Both the position numbers and the translations under genes were made by a program. The notes under the pieces are model-generated. The model made no database searches. It worked only from the letters and a program-made list of their open reading frames with translations, and was not told where the DNA came from. A stretch of 64,000 nt of DNA from Cyanobacteriota bacterium (GTDB taxonomy: Bacteria > Cyanobacteriota > Cyanobacteriia > PCC-6307 > Cyanobiaceae), in assembly GCA_046052125.1 (NCBI GenBank), contig JBJOMY010000002.1:256001-320000 (forward strand). The letters are read 5' to 3'. Shown in pieces: positions 36,856 through 46,821 of this stretch (within the stretch, counting starts at the first letter, position 1; each line of letters opens with the position of its first letter).

Positions 36856-39234
36856 GTGGTGGCCGCTGCTGAGTCGAACTACTCCGTGCCCGAGGCGCTG
36901 AAGAAGGAGAACCTCAGCCAGGCGGATTACGACGAGATCTGTCGCCGCCTCGGCCGCGCCCCCAACCGCGCTGAGCTGGGCATGTTCGGGGTGATGTGGT
37001 CGGAGCACTGCTGCTATCGCAACTCGCGGCCGCTGCTCCAGGGCTTCCCCACCACCGGCCCCCGCATCCTGGTGGGCCCCGGCGAGAACGCCGGCGTTGT
37101 GGATCTGGGTGAAGGCCAGCGCCTGGCGTTCAAGATCGAGAGCCACAACCACCCCTCGGCGGTGGAGCCGTTCCAGGGCGCCGCCACCGGCGTGGGCGGC
37201 ATCCTGCGCGACATTTTCACCATGGGCGCCCGGCCGATCGCCCTGCTCAATGCCCTGCGCTTCGGGCCCCTGGAGGATGAGCGCAATGTGGGCCTGATGG
37301 AGGGCGTGGTGGCCGGCATCGCCCACTACGGCAACTGCGTGGGCGTGCCCACCGTGGGCGGTGAGGTGGCCTTCGACCCCAGCTATTCCGGCAACCCGCT
37401 GGTGAATGCCATGGCCCTCGGGCTCATGGAAACCGACGACATCGTCTGCTCCGGCGCCGAGGGCGTGGGCTATCCGGTGGTTTACGTGGGCAGCACCACC
37501 GGCCGCGATGGCATGGGCGGCGCCAGCTTCGCCTCGGCCGAACTCACCGAGGCCTCCCTCGACGATCGCCCGGCCGTGCAGGTGGGTGACCCCTTCCTGG
37601 AGAAGGGTCTGATCGAGGCCTGCCTTGAGGCCTTCCAGACCGGTGATGTGGTGGCGGCGCAGGACATGGGCGCCGCCGGCCTCACCTGCAGCTGCTCGGA
37701 GATGGCCGCCAAGGGGGGCCTGGGCATCGAGCTGGATCTCGATCGGGTGCCCGCCCGTGAGGCCGGCATGACCCCCTACGAGTTTCTGCTCAGTGAATCC
37801 CAGGAGCGGATGTTGTTTGTGGTGAAGCCCGGGCGCGAGCAGGCCCTGATGCAGAGCTTCACCCGCTGGGGCTTGCAGGCTGCGGTGGTGGGCCGCGTGC
37901 TCGAAGACAACATCGTGCGCGTGCTCCAGAACGGTGAGGTGGCCGCTGAAGTGCCCGCCAGCGCCCTGGCCGACGACACCCCGATCAACCGCCACGCGCT
38001 GATCAGCGAACCCCCGGCGGAGATCCAGGCCCACTGGCGCTGGAGCGAAGCCCAGCTGCCCGCCGCCAGCGTGAACGGCATCACCCCCGCCGGCGCCACG
38101 GCGCTCAGCTGGAACGACGCCCTGCTGCAGCTGCTCGACGACCCCACCATCGCCTCCAAGCGCTGGGTGTATCGCCAATACGACCACCAGGTGCAGGCCA
38201 ACACCGTGATCCCCCCCGGTGGTGCCGATGCCGCGGTGGTGCGGCTGCGTCCCCAGGCCAGCAGCGCTGCGGCCAACCGCGGTGTGGCCGCCGTGGTGGA
38301 TTGCCCCAACCGCTGGGTGGCCCTCGATCCCGAGCGCGGCGGCATGGCCGCGGTGGCCGAGGCGGCCCGCAACCTCAGCTGCGTGGGCGCCGAGCCCCTG
38401 GCTGTCACGGACAACCTCAACTTCCCCTCACCGGAAACGCCCACCGGCTACTGGCAGCTGGCCCTGGCCTGCCGCGGCCTCTCGGCCGCCTGCTCGGCCC
38501 TCGATACCCCCGTCACCGGTGGCAACGTCTCCCTCTACAACGAAACGCGCCTGCCGGATGGGCGCATGCAGCCGATCCACCCCACGCCAGTGGTGGGCAT
38601 GGTGGGTCTGGTGCACGACCTCGCTCAGGTGCGCGGCCAGGCCTGGCGCGAAGTGGGCGATGCGATCTGGTTGCTCGGCGTGCCGTTGGAAGCGGGGGAG
38701 ACTCCCGCCGACCCCCGCTTGAGCCTGGCCGGCAGCAGCTATCTGGAGCGGGTGCATGGAGCCGTCACGGGGCGCCCGCCCGAAATTGATCTGGATCTGG
38801 AGCGCTCGGTGCAGGGTTTCCTGCGCCAGGCGATCGCCGCCGGCCTGGTGCGCTCCGCCCACGACCTCAGCGATGGCGGCCTCGCTGTGGCTGCCGCGGA
38901 AGCCTCGATCGCCAGCGGTCTCGGCGCCCATCTGGAGATCCCTGCCAGCGTTACCCGTGTGGATCGCCTGCTCTTCGCGGAAGGCGGCGCCCGCATCCTG
39001 GTGAGCGTGGCTCCGGCGCAGACCGTCGCTTGGCAGGAGGCATTGGATGCTGCGAACGCCACCAACGCCGGCTCCGTTCCCGCCCAGTGCATTGGCGTGG
39101 TGGCAGCCGAAACGGAGCTGCAGATCCAACAGGCCGGCCAGGCGCTGCTGCGTTTGCCGGTGGCCCAGATGGCGTCTCAGTTCGAGCAGGCCATCCCCCG
39201 CCGCATGGGCGTTGATCTGCCTCCCACAGCGTGA
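36856..39234 (+). CDS. purL: phosphoribosylformylglycinamidine synthase subunit PurL
   Basis: [46 protein letters not shown]. Confidence 0.97.
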   Translation: MVAAAESNYSVPEALKKENLSQADYDEICRRLGRAPNRAELGMFGVMWSEHCCYRNSRPLLQGFPTTGPRILVGPGENAGVVDLGEGQRLAFKIESHNHPSAVEPFQGAATGVGGILRDIFTMGARPIALLNALRFGPLEDERNVGLMEGVVAGIAHYGNCVGVPTVGGEVAFDPSYSGNPLVNAMALGLMETDDIVCSGAEGVGYPVVYVGSTTGRDGMGGASFASAELTEASLDDRPAVQVGDPFLEKGLIEACLEAFQTGDVVAAQDMGAAGLTCSCSEMAAKGGLGIELDLDRVPAREAGMTPYEFLLSESQERMLFVVKPGREQALMQSFTRWGLQAAVVGRVLEDNIVRVLQNGEVAAEVPASALADDTPINRHALISEPPAEIQAHWRWSEAQLPAASVNGITPAGATALSWNDALLQLLDDPTIASKRWVYRQYDHQVQANTVIPPGGADAAVVRLRPQASSAAANRGVAAVVDCPNRWVALDPERGGMAAVAEAARNLSCVGAEPLAVTDNLNFPSPETPTGYWQLALACRGLSAACSALDTPVTGGNVSLYNETRLPDGRMQPIHPTPVVGMVGLVHDLAQVRGQAWREVGDAIWLLGVPLEAGETPADPRLSLAGSSYLERVHGAVTGRPPEIDLDLERSVQGFLRQAIAAGLVRSAHDLSDGGLAVAAAEASIASGLGAHLEIPASVTRVDRLLFAEGGARILVSVAPAQTVAWQEALDAANATNAGSVPAQCIGVVAAETELQIQQAGQALLRLPVAQMASQFEQAIPRRMGVDLPPTA

Positions 39235-40871
39235 GCCTGGGTCCCGGCACGAGCACACCCCTGATGCACAATGCTGAAACAAACCCGATGGTGGGAACTG
39301 CGGTGACCGACGTGCACTCCGGCTCACTCCCCACCACCGAGTTCGGCACTCACGCGGCTCCCCAAGAGCAAGCCTGCGAACGACCCGACAAGCCGGAAGA
39401 GGCCTGCGGCGTGTTTGCGGTGCTCGCCGCCGATCAGCCGGTGGCCAACCTCACCTATTTCGGCCTCTACGCCCTGCAGCACCGCGGTCAGGAGTCGGCT
39501 GGCATTGCGGTGTTTGACGCTGCATCAGCCGGGGATCAGGCGGCTTCCGGTGCGACCTCCGGCCCCAAGGTGCGCATGCACAAGGACATGGGCCTGGTGA
39601 GCCAGGTGTTCGATCAAGGCGTGCTTGAGCGCCTGCCTGGTCAGCTGGCGATCGGCCACAACCGCTATTCCACCACCGGCAGCAGCAAGGCCTGCAATGC
39701 CCAGCCGGTGTTGCTCAACACCCGTCTCGGCCCGCTCGCCTTCGCCCACAACGGCAACCTGGTGAATGCCGGCGAACTGCGCGAAGCGATCTCCGCCGAC
39801 ATCCCGGAAGTGGAGTTCACCTCCACCACCGATTCCGAGCTGATTGCCTTCGCGATTCAGCATGCGGTGAATCAGGGCCTGGGCTGGGATGCGGCGATCC
39901 GCGAGGCCGCCGGTCGCTGCCGCGGCGCCTTCAGCTTGGTGATTGGCACCCCTGAGGGTTTGTATGCCCTGCGCGATGGCCACGGCATCCGGCCGCTGGT
40001 GTTCGGCCACATGGGCGAGCTCAGCGAGGCCCAGTGGGTGGTGAGCAGCGAAACCTGCGGGCTCGACATCATCGGCGCAAGCTTCGATGGCGATGTGGAG
40101 CCTGGTGAGATCATGCATTTCCGCTTGGGTGATCCCGAACCCACGCGCAGCCGCTGGACCACGGAGCCCGCCAAGCTCTGTGTGTTCGAGATGATCTATT
40201 TCGCCCGGCCCGACAGCCGCTTCTTTGGCGAATCGCTCTACAGCTACCGGGTGCGCATCGGCGAAGTCCTGGCCCGTGAAACCCCCGTGGCGGCCGACAT
40301 CGTGATCGGCGTGCCCGACTCGGGGATCCCGGCAGCGATCGGCTATTCGCAGTTCAGCGGCATCCCCTTCGGCGACGGCCTGATCAAGAACCGCTACGTG
40401 GGCCGCACCTTCATCCAACCCACCCAGGCGATGCGCGAAGCCGGTATCCGCGTGAAGCTCAACCCCTTGCCTGATGTGCTTGCTGGCAAGCGCGTGGTGG
40501 TGATCGACGACTCGATCGTGCGCGGCACCACCAGCCGCAAGCTCGTGGCTGCCATTCGGGATGCCGGTGCCACCGAGGTGCACATGCGCATCAGCTCACC
40601 TCCAGTGACGCACCCCTGCTTCTACGGGATCGACACCGACACCCAGGACCAGCTGATCGCCGCCCGCCTCACCCTTGAGGAGATTGCCGCTCATCTGGGC
40701 GTGGATTCGCTGGCTTACCTCACCAAGGAAGGCATGGTGGAAGCGGCCCAGGCCAATGCCTCACACTTCTGCACCGCCTGCTTCGACGGCGCCTACCCGA
40801 TCGAGATGGATGAAAGCGTGAGCGGTAGCAAGCTGATGCTGGAGCCGAAGGGGATTGCGGCAACGCTGTAA
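39231..40871 (+). CDS. purF: amidophosphoribosyltransferase
   Basis: EEACGVF (propeptide and Cys1), [32 protein letters not shown]; start uncertain. Confidence 0.96.
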   Translation: MSLGPGTSTPLMHNAETNPMVGTAVTDVHSGSLPTTEFGTHAAPQEQACERPDKPEEACGVFAVLAADQPVANLTYFGLYALQHRGQESAGIAVFDAASAGDQAASGATSGPKVRMHKDMGLVSQVFDQGVLERLPGQLAIGHNRYSTTGSSKACNAQPVLLNTRLGPLAFAHNGNLVNAGELREAISADIPEVEFTSTTDSELIAFAIQHAVNQGLGWDAAIREAAGRCRGAFSLVIGTPEGLYALRDGHGIRPLVFGHMGELSEAQWVVSSETCGLDIIGASFDGDVEPGEIMHFRLGDPEPTRSRWTTEPAKLCVFEMIYFARPDSRFFGESLYSYRVRIGEVLARETPVAADIVIGVPDSGIPAAIGYSQFSGIPFGDGLIKNRYVGRTFIQPTQAMREAGIRVKLNPLPDVLAGKRVVVIDDSIVRGTTSRKLVAAIRDAGATEVHMRISSPPVTHPCFYGIDTDTQDQLIAARLTLEEIAAHLGVDSLAYLTKEGMVEAAQANASHFCTACFDGAYPIEMDESVSGSKLMLEPKGIAATL

Positions 40872-40901
40872 TCAACACCCTTCTGAATCAACGGTGCGTC
40901 T

Positions 40902-42230
40902 CTAGCGACCAGCCGCCTTGAGCACGATTTTGATCGTTTTGAGCAGGATTAGAAGATCGAGCCAAATCGATGCATTGCGTAGGTAGAAGAGGTCGTAGCT
41001 GAGTTTGATCTCAGAATCGTCAATGCTTGAGGCGTAGGACATATTCACTTGGGCCCAACCGCTTAATCCAGGACGCATCCAGTGGCGCAGCTTGTAGTTG
41101 GGGATCTGTTGCTCGAGGATGTGCTCCAGTTCTGGACGCTCCGGCCGAGGACCGATCAAGCTCATTTCGCCGCGCAACACATTGATCAGCTGAGGTAGTT
41201 CATCGAGGCGCGTACGCCGTAACCAGTAACCAATAGGTGTTATTCGTTGATCACTTTTTGTTGCCCACTGGGCGCCATTGGATTCTGAATCAACGCTCAT
41301 CGTGCGGATCTTGAGCACGTTGAATGGCTGACCCAGTAGGCCTGAGCGTTGCTGGCGGTAGATCACGGGACCCCCGTCCTGTAATTTCACCAGCGTCAGT
41401 GCCAATAGCGCCAGTGGTGCGCTCAGTAGGAGCAGCATCACGCTCACCACAACATCGGCATAGCGCTTGAGCTGTTTTTGCAAACTCGTGCGTTGCCCAT
41501 CAATGCTGGCTGAGAACAGCAGCCATTGGCTCTCAATCCACCGGGTCGGAATGCGCTGTAGTTCTTGTTCAGCGAGTTCAACCAGTGAAAAGACGGGCTG
41601 TCCGCGGTTGACGGCTTCCTGGCAGAACCCCTGAAGCGAAGGATCGTTGATTACGCCAGCGCTGAGAGCTAATGCTTCTCCATCCAGAAGATTGGCCTTG
41701 GTTGTTCCTGGGATGAGCTCTGTGATGTCTGGTATCAAGCCAGCGGATCCCATGTTTTGACGCCATTCTCGAACCAGGGTGGGAATTTCTTGTGGCAAGG
41801 CCAAGATGTGCCAGCGACCTTGATGTGCGTCCGGCCGGCTCAGCCGTCGGAGTAACACACGGACCAATGCGCTCCACAGGCTCAACAGCACAAACAATGG
41901 GATCAGGCTGCTGCGGAAGAACAGATCGCTAGTGATCTGAAGCCTGAAGAGGTAGCTGAATACGGCGGCTGTGGCGATGCTGGCTAAGGCCGTGATTCCC
42001 AACCTGGCCAAGATCTGTGTCCAGGTGAACCTCCTAAGTTTTAAGAGTGTGTACGAGCCGAACAGCCAGCCGAGGCTGCAGTAGATCAGCGCTAGTGCTA
42101 ATAGCGGCGCACTTTGTGTGAAGACCGTCCGTACGTTGACGGTCCCGATCACAATCGCCATGACCCAAAGCCCCACCCCATCCAGGAGAGCGGCCGCCAG
42201 GAGCGGAATTCGGTGTCTGGCCCAGGGCAT
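40902..42230 (-). CDS. priming polyprenyl-phosphate sugar transferase (WcaJ/WbaP family)
   Basis: N-terminal TMs, KRYADV, KIRTM, RLDELPQLINVLRGEMSLIGPRPERP, PGLSGWAQV; visibly more AT-rich than flanks. Confidence 0.9.
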   Translation of the reverse strand: MPWARHRIPLLAAALLDGVGLWVMAIVIGTVNVRTVFTQSAPLLALALIYCSLGWLFGSYTLLKLRRFTWTQILARLGITALASIATAAVFSYLFRLQITSDLFFRSSLIPLFVLLSLWSALVRVLLRRLSRPDAHQGRWHILALPQEIPTLVREWRQNMGSAGLIPDITELIPGTTKANLLDGEALALSAGVINDPSLQGFCQEAVNRGQPVFSLVELAEQELQRIPTRWIESQWLLFSASIDGQRTSLQKQLKRYADVVVSVMLLLLSAPLALLALTLVKLQDGGPVIYRQQRSGLLGQPFNVLKIRTMSVDSESNGAQWATKSDQRITPIGYWLRRTRLDELPQLINVLRGEMSLIGPRPERPELEHILEQQIPNYKLRHWMRPGLSGWAQVNMSYASSIDDSEIKLSYDLFYLRNASIWLDLLILLKTIKIVLKAAGR

Positions 42231-42237
42231 TGCTATT

Positions 42238-44094
42238 TCATGACACAGGTGCCTCGGTGCCCTGGGCCTGATGTTGCACCGCACCGCCCAGCCCGAAGGC
42301 CGCATGCACCACCTGCAGCGCATTCACGCCCTCGGCTTCCGGCACCACGCAGCTGGTGCGGATCTCGCTGGTGGCGATCATTTCGATGTTCACTCCCGCA
42401 TCCGCCAGAGAGCGGAACATGCGTGCTGCTGTGCCTGTGGTGCAGGGCATGCCGGCACCCACGGCGCTGATGCGGGCGATGGCCATGCCTTCTTCGAAGC
42501 TGGCGCCGGGCCACTGGTTGAGCAGTGGCTGCAGGGTGGTGCGAGCCCGCTCCAGGTCGTCGCGCTTCAGGCAGAAACCCATGTCGCGGCTCTGGTGATC
42601 GCCGTTGCCGTGGCTGCGTTCCGATTGCACGATGGCGTCGAGGCTGATGCCCGCATCGGCGAGCACACGGCAGACGGCCGCGGCTGTGCCGGGTTTGTCG
42701 GGAATGCGGCGTACGGCCACCTGGGCCTGGTCGCGATCGAGGGCCACGCCGCGCACTTCCGGTTCGCCGGCGCCGGAGGGAGGCGGGTTCAGATGCAGCT
42801 GGCGCTCGTTGAGCTCAAAGCACTGGGCCGCGGCCTGCAGCGCCTTGCTGCCCTGGTGGCCGGCCACCAGGCAACTCACTTTCACTTCGCTGGTGGCGAT
42901 CAGGCGCAGGTTGATGCCGCCCTTGGCGAGGGTGTCGAACAGGCGGGCGGCCACGCCAGGGCGGCCCATGATTCCTGCGCCGGCGATGCTCAGCTTGGCC
43001 ATGCCCCCCTCGGCGCTGATCGTTGCGCTCTCGGCGCCCGGGCCCATGGCTGCCAACACTTCACGGCACACAAGCTGGGCCCGATCCAGCTGCGACTCGG
43101 CCACGGTGAAGGCGATGTCGTTGGTGAAGCCACAGTGGTCACCGCTGCAGTGCGTGTCGGCCTCGTGGGTGGACTGCACGATCAGATCCACGTTCAGTCC
43201 TGCGGCTGAGAGCGCTTCAAACAGCTGAGCCGCCACGCCGGGGCGATCGGGCACATGGGCCAGGGCCAGGACGGCCTGGTCGGTGTCGAGCTCGGCGCCA
43301 TCCACCGGCTTGCCCAGCTCCAGGCCTTCACCGTTGCCGCGGCGGCTGGTGGCATCGCTGGTGAGCAGGGTGCCGGGCTGATCGCTCCAGCTGGAGCGCA
43401 CCACCAGCGGCACGCCGTAGTTGCGGGCGATCTCCACGGCCCGGGGATGCAGTACGGCGGCGCCGAGACTCGCCAGCTCGAGCATCTCGTTGCAGGTGAT
43501 CGTGTCCATTAGCTGGGCATCGGGCACCTTGCGGGGGTCGGTGGTGAGCACCCCCGGCACATCGGTGTAGATCTCGCAGGCATCGGCGCCAAGGGCCGCC
43601 GCTAGGGCCACAGCCGAGGTGTCGGAGCCGCCGCGGCCGAGGGTGGTGATCTCGGGCAGGCCGCTCAGGCCGCTGCTGGTGCCCTGGAAGCCCGCCACCA
43701 CCACCACATTGCCGTCGCCGAGAAGGCGCTGCAGCCGGTCGGTGCGCACTTCGAGGATGCGGGCGCGGCCGTGGGCGGATTCGGTGAGGATGCCCACCTG
43801 GGGGCCGGTCATCGACACGGCCGGCACGCCCAGGGCGTTCAGCGCCATTGCCAGCAGCGCGATCGACACCTGCTCGCCGGTGGCCAGCAGCATGTCCATC
43901 TCCCGCTGGGGCGGGTTGCTGCTGATGGCGCGGGCCAGTCCTGTGAGCTCGTCGGTGGTGTGGCCCATGGCCGACACCACGATCACCAGATCGTTCCCCG
44001 CTTGACGGCTGGCCGCGATCCGCTGAGCCACGGCCTGGATCCGCTCCACATCGGCCACGGAGGTGCCGCCGAACTTCTGGACCAGCAGGGCCAT
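42238..44094 (-). CDS. lysC: aspartate kinase (cyanobacterial, multiple ACT domains)
   Basis: VQKFGGTSV, VVSAMG, TTLGRGGSD, repeated ACT domains ending ATSEV/ATSEI. Confidence 0.96.
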   Translation of the reverse strand: MALLVQKFGGTSVADVERIQAVAQRIAASRQAGNDLVIVVSAMGHTTDELTGLARAISSNPPQREMDMLLATGEQVSIALLAMALNALGVPAVSMTGPQVGILTESAHGRARILEVRTDRLQRLLGDGNVVVVAGFQGTSSGLSGLPEITTLGRGGSDTSAVALAAALGADACEIYTDVPGVLTTDPRKVPDAQLMDTITCNEMLELASLGAAVLHPRAVEIARNYGVPLVVRSSWSDQPGTLLTSDATSRRGNGEGLELGKPVDGAELDTDQAVLALAHVPDRPGVAAQLFEALSAAGLNVDLIVQSTHEADTHCSGDHCGFTNDIAFTVAESQLDRAQLVCREVLAAMGPGAESATISAEGGMAKLSIAGAGIMGRPGVAARLFDTLAKGGINLRLIATSEVKVSCLVAGHQGSKALQAAAQCFELNERQLHLNPPPSGAGEPEVRGVALDRDQAQVAVRRIPDKPGTAAAVCRVLADAGISLDAIVQSERSHGNGDHQSRDMGFCLKRDDLERARTTLQPLLNQWPGASFEEGMAIARISAVGAGMPCTTGTAARMFRSLADAGVNIEMIATSEIRTSCVVPEAEGVNALQVVHAAFGLGGAVQHQAQGTEAPVS

Positions 44095-44139
44095 GGCGAG
44101 GGCGCGTGCAGCGTTAACCCGTGATTGTCCTACGTGGCC

Positions 44140-45156
44140 TTAAGGCGCCAACAGGAAGCCGTCGCGGAAGGCATCCCCCGGATCGCTGCCGCGTTTGAGC
44201 GCCGCTTCCACCTCCAGCAGCTGACGCAACAGAGCCAGGAAGCGGGCTGGTTTGCGGCCACGGATCTGCTTGCGCATCACGTAGACGCGTTTGGGGTTGC
44301 CGATGCCGGCGGCCTTGGCGATCGCATTCACATCGTTCTCGCCCTGTTGATCGAGCAGGCTCACCCACAACCAGCCGCGGATCTGCCCGCAGAGGGTGGC
44401 CACGATCCGCAGGGCTGGCTCGTTGGCCACCAGCAGTGCATCCACCAGCGCCACCGCTTCAGCGGGCTTTCCGGCCAGCAGTGCGTCGCCCACCTGCAGT
44501 GCATTGGTGGCCTGGCTGCCCACCAGGGCCTCCACGGCGGCGGCAGTGATGGGGGGTTGCTTGCTTGTTCCGAGCTGTTGCAAAGCGCCCGGCTGGGCCC
44601 CCACATAGAGCGCCAGCTTCTCCAGCTCGCTCGCCAAGCGGGCACTGTCGCTGCCAATGGCTTCGCTCAGGGCCTCTGCGGCGGCGTGTTCGAGCGTGAG
44701 TCCCAGCTCCCGGGCCGTGCGCTGCACTAGCTCGATTTGGCCGGCTCCGTCCCAGATCGCCGGCAGCTGGAAGCTCTGCTCCCGCGCCTCACCGGCCTTC
44801 ACCAGCTTCTGCAGGGCCTTGGTGGTTCGCAGGCGTGCATCAGGTTTGCCGGCGTTCACCAGCAGCAGATGGCAGTTGCTGGGGATCAGGGGGAGGGTGG
44901 CCTCCAGTTGCTCCGCCAGTTCCGCCGGGCATTGGTTGCAGAACGGACTGCGCTGCAGCACCACCACCCGATCACCGTCACCGAAGGGCGGCGTCCGCGC
45001 TTCCTCCAGAGCTTGGGCCGCCTGGCTGGTGTCGCTGCCATCGAGGCGGGACAGGTTGATGCTCTGCCAAGCCGGATCGGTGAGCTGGCTGATCAGGGTG
45101 TCCACCGCCCGGCTGCGGGCAGCTTCGTCGTCGCCCCAGAGCAGGTGGATCGGCAT
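44140..45156 (-). CDS. holA: DNA polymerase III subunit delta
   Basis: MPIHLLWGDD, TPPFG, KPDARL, ELEKLALY, GIGNPKR. Confidence 0.92.
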   Translation of the reverse strand: MPIHLLWGDDEAARSRAVDTLISQLTDPAWQSINLSRLDGSDTSQAAQALEEARTPPFGDGDRVVVLQRSPFCNQCPAELAEQLEATLPLIPSNCHLLLVNAGKPDARLRTTKALQKLVKAGEAREQSFQLPAIWDGAGQIELVQRTARELGLTLEHAAAEALSEAIGSDSARLASELEKLALYVGAQPGALQQLGTSKQPPITAAAVEALVGSQATNALQVGDALLAGKPAEAVALVDALLVANEPALRIVATLCGQIRGWLWVSLLDQQGENDVNAIAKAAGIGNPKRVYVMRKQIRGRKPARFLALLRQLLEVEAALKRGSDPGDAFRDGFLLAP

Positions 45157-45887
45157 CAGATCCTCAGGGCGCTGAGCACCGGGTGTTGGCCAGTCTGGGC
45201 GAGGGCGGGGTGATCGGTTACTAGCACGGTTGCCTCGGTGGCAATCGCCGTGGCTAGCTCGATCGCTCGGGTGTCGTCGAGTTGGGGTTCCTGCCGCTGC
45301 AGCCGCGTGGCCGCGAGCACCAGGGCGCCATCGGCAGGCACCTGCAACCAATGCTCCGGATTGGCGAAGGCATTGGCGTAGCGGTGGGCCAGCACTTCGT
45401 CTCCCCGGGCCAGGGGCCCTTCCAGAACCCGCGCCAAGCTCACACTGCTGATCACCCCCTGCCAGGTGCCCTGGGCAATGCCCTGCATCAGCGGTGTGAG
45501 GTACTTGCCAGTGCCTTTGGCATCAGCCAGGAAGGCCACCAGGGCGGAGCCATCCAGCGCAATGCGGCTGCCGTGCTTCAGATGACTGGGACTAAACGGT
45601 TCCGTTCCGATCGGCTGCACCAACGCCGGAGTGGCTGGTGCTGGGCGGGCGGGATGGCGCTGGTTGGGATCCCAGCAATTGCGGCCACTGCCCTGCAGGG
45701 TCATCAGGCTTTGAATCTGCCGCTGGCGTTTGTGCGGATCGCTGGAAGGCTGGCCCCCAATGGGCACCAGAGCCGCCATGGGCTTTTTGTGCCGTTGAAT
45801 CACGAACGCTTCACCAGCTGCGGCCCGCTCCATTAGTTCCGGGAGCCTGCGACGCGCTTCCTCAACGCCGAGAGGTGGTGTCGACAT
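45156..45887 (-). CDS. Phd/YefM antitoxin domain fused to a degenerate PIN (VapC-like) domain
   Basis: N-terminal EARRRLPELMERAAAGEAFVIQRHKKPMAALVP; C-terminal IALDGSALV...ISSVSL...AIELATA...LVTD. Confidence 0.75.
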   Translation of the reverse strand: MSTPPLGVEEARRRLPELMERAAAGEAFVIQRHKKPMAALVPIGGQPSSDPHKRQRQIQSLMTLQGSGRNCWDPNQRHPARPAPATPALVQPIGTEPFSPSHLKHGSRIALDGSALVAFLADAKGTGKYLTPLMQGIAQGTWQGVISSVSLARVLEGPLARGDEVLAHRYANAFANPEHWLQVPADGALVLAATRLQRQEPQLDDTRAIELATAIATEATVLVTDHPALAQTGQHPVLSALRI

Positions 45888-45902
45888 GGTGCGCGAGCGG
45901 TG

Positions 45903-45937
45903 TCCGCTTTTCTGTACGGAGTGTACGGAAGTTTGGA
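45903..45937. repeat. spaced palindrome copy 4 (16 bp upstream of the Phd-PIN start)
   Basis: TCC gctt TTCTGTACG GAG TGTACGGAA gttt GGA (symmetry extends to GTGTCC/GGACAC). Confidence 0.8.
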
Positions 45938-46125
45938 CACTCCGAAAAACGAGTCGATGAGGCCGCTTGAGGGGCTTCTGGTGAGACTGCTCCGCAGCGC
46001 ATTCGCAACAGCTGAACGCACAACAGCCACCGCTGTGAACGCACCACAACCAATGACCTGTCACCCCTTCCGCCTGGATGACGCCCTGGGCTTCAAGCTG
46101 CTGATGTGTCCTCTGAGTGCCCGGC

Positions 46126-46821
46126 GTGGCTGATGCCCCTCCCGGTTTCGATCACCCGATCTTCAGCGAGAGCATTCGCCTGATTCGCGCTGCGCTGGCA
46201 GAGCAGCCACCACAACTGGGGTTTGATCTCTTCAGCCTCGCGCCCCCCGAGCAGGACGTGTTGCTGCGTTTGATCCACAGCAGCGGCGATCTCAGCGTGG
46301 CGGCCGATCTGCGCTTCTCGCCGGATGCCTGCAGTGTTGGCCTCGAGGCTCTGGCGCACGGTGCTCCGATCCTCACCGACACCGCTATGGCCGCGGCTGC
46401 CGTAGCACCGATGGCGCGCCGCACCTTCGGCAACAGCGTGCACAGCGTGTTGAGCTGGGCGCCCGCTCAGGCCCCGGCCGGAAGCACACGAGCGGCGGCG
46501 GGGACGGAGCGAGCCCTGCAGGAGCATCCCGGTGCGGTGGTGTTGATCGGAAGTGCGCCGACCGCTCTTGAGTTGCTTCTCGAGCAGGTGGCCGTCGGCC
46601 AAGCCGCGGCGCCGGCCCTGGTGATCGGGATGCCGGTGGGGTTTGTGGGGGTGGCGGAGAGCAAGCGCCACCTGGCCGAGAGCGGGCTAGCGCAGATCCG
46701 CCTGGAGGGCAGTCGAGGTGGCGCCGGCTTAGTGGGAGCGGCGGCCAACGCCCTGCTGCGTCGGGCTTGGCTGGATCAGGCCGCGGCTCGGGTTTCTGCC
46801 GCCGGGCCCACCGCCACGTGA
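46126..46821 (+). CDS. cobH: precorrin-8X methylmutase
   Basis: [46 protein letters not shown]. Confidence 0.92.
   Translation: MADAPPGFDHPIFSESIRLIRAALAEQPPQLGFDLFSLAPPEQDVLLRLIHSSGDLSVAADLRFSPDACSVGLEALAHGAPILTDTAMAAAAVAPMARRTFGNSVHSVLSWAPAQAPAGSTRAAAGTERALQEHPGAVVLIGSAPTALELLLEQVAVGQAAAPALVIGMPVGFVGVAESKRHLAESGLAQIRLEGSRGGAGLVGAAANALLRRAWLDQAAARVSAAGPTAT

Noticed and set aside
39231..39410. Long PurF N-terminal extension before Cys1
   Set aside because: Several downstream ATG/GTG starts are possible and the propeptide is removed anyway; no evidence for added function.
46776..46821. 46-bp convergent overlap of the cobH and mutS 3' ends
   Set aside because: Short tail-to-tail overlaps are common in compact picocyanobacterial genomes.
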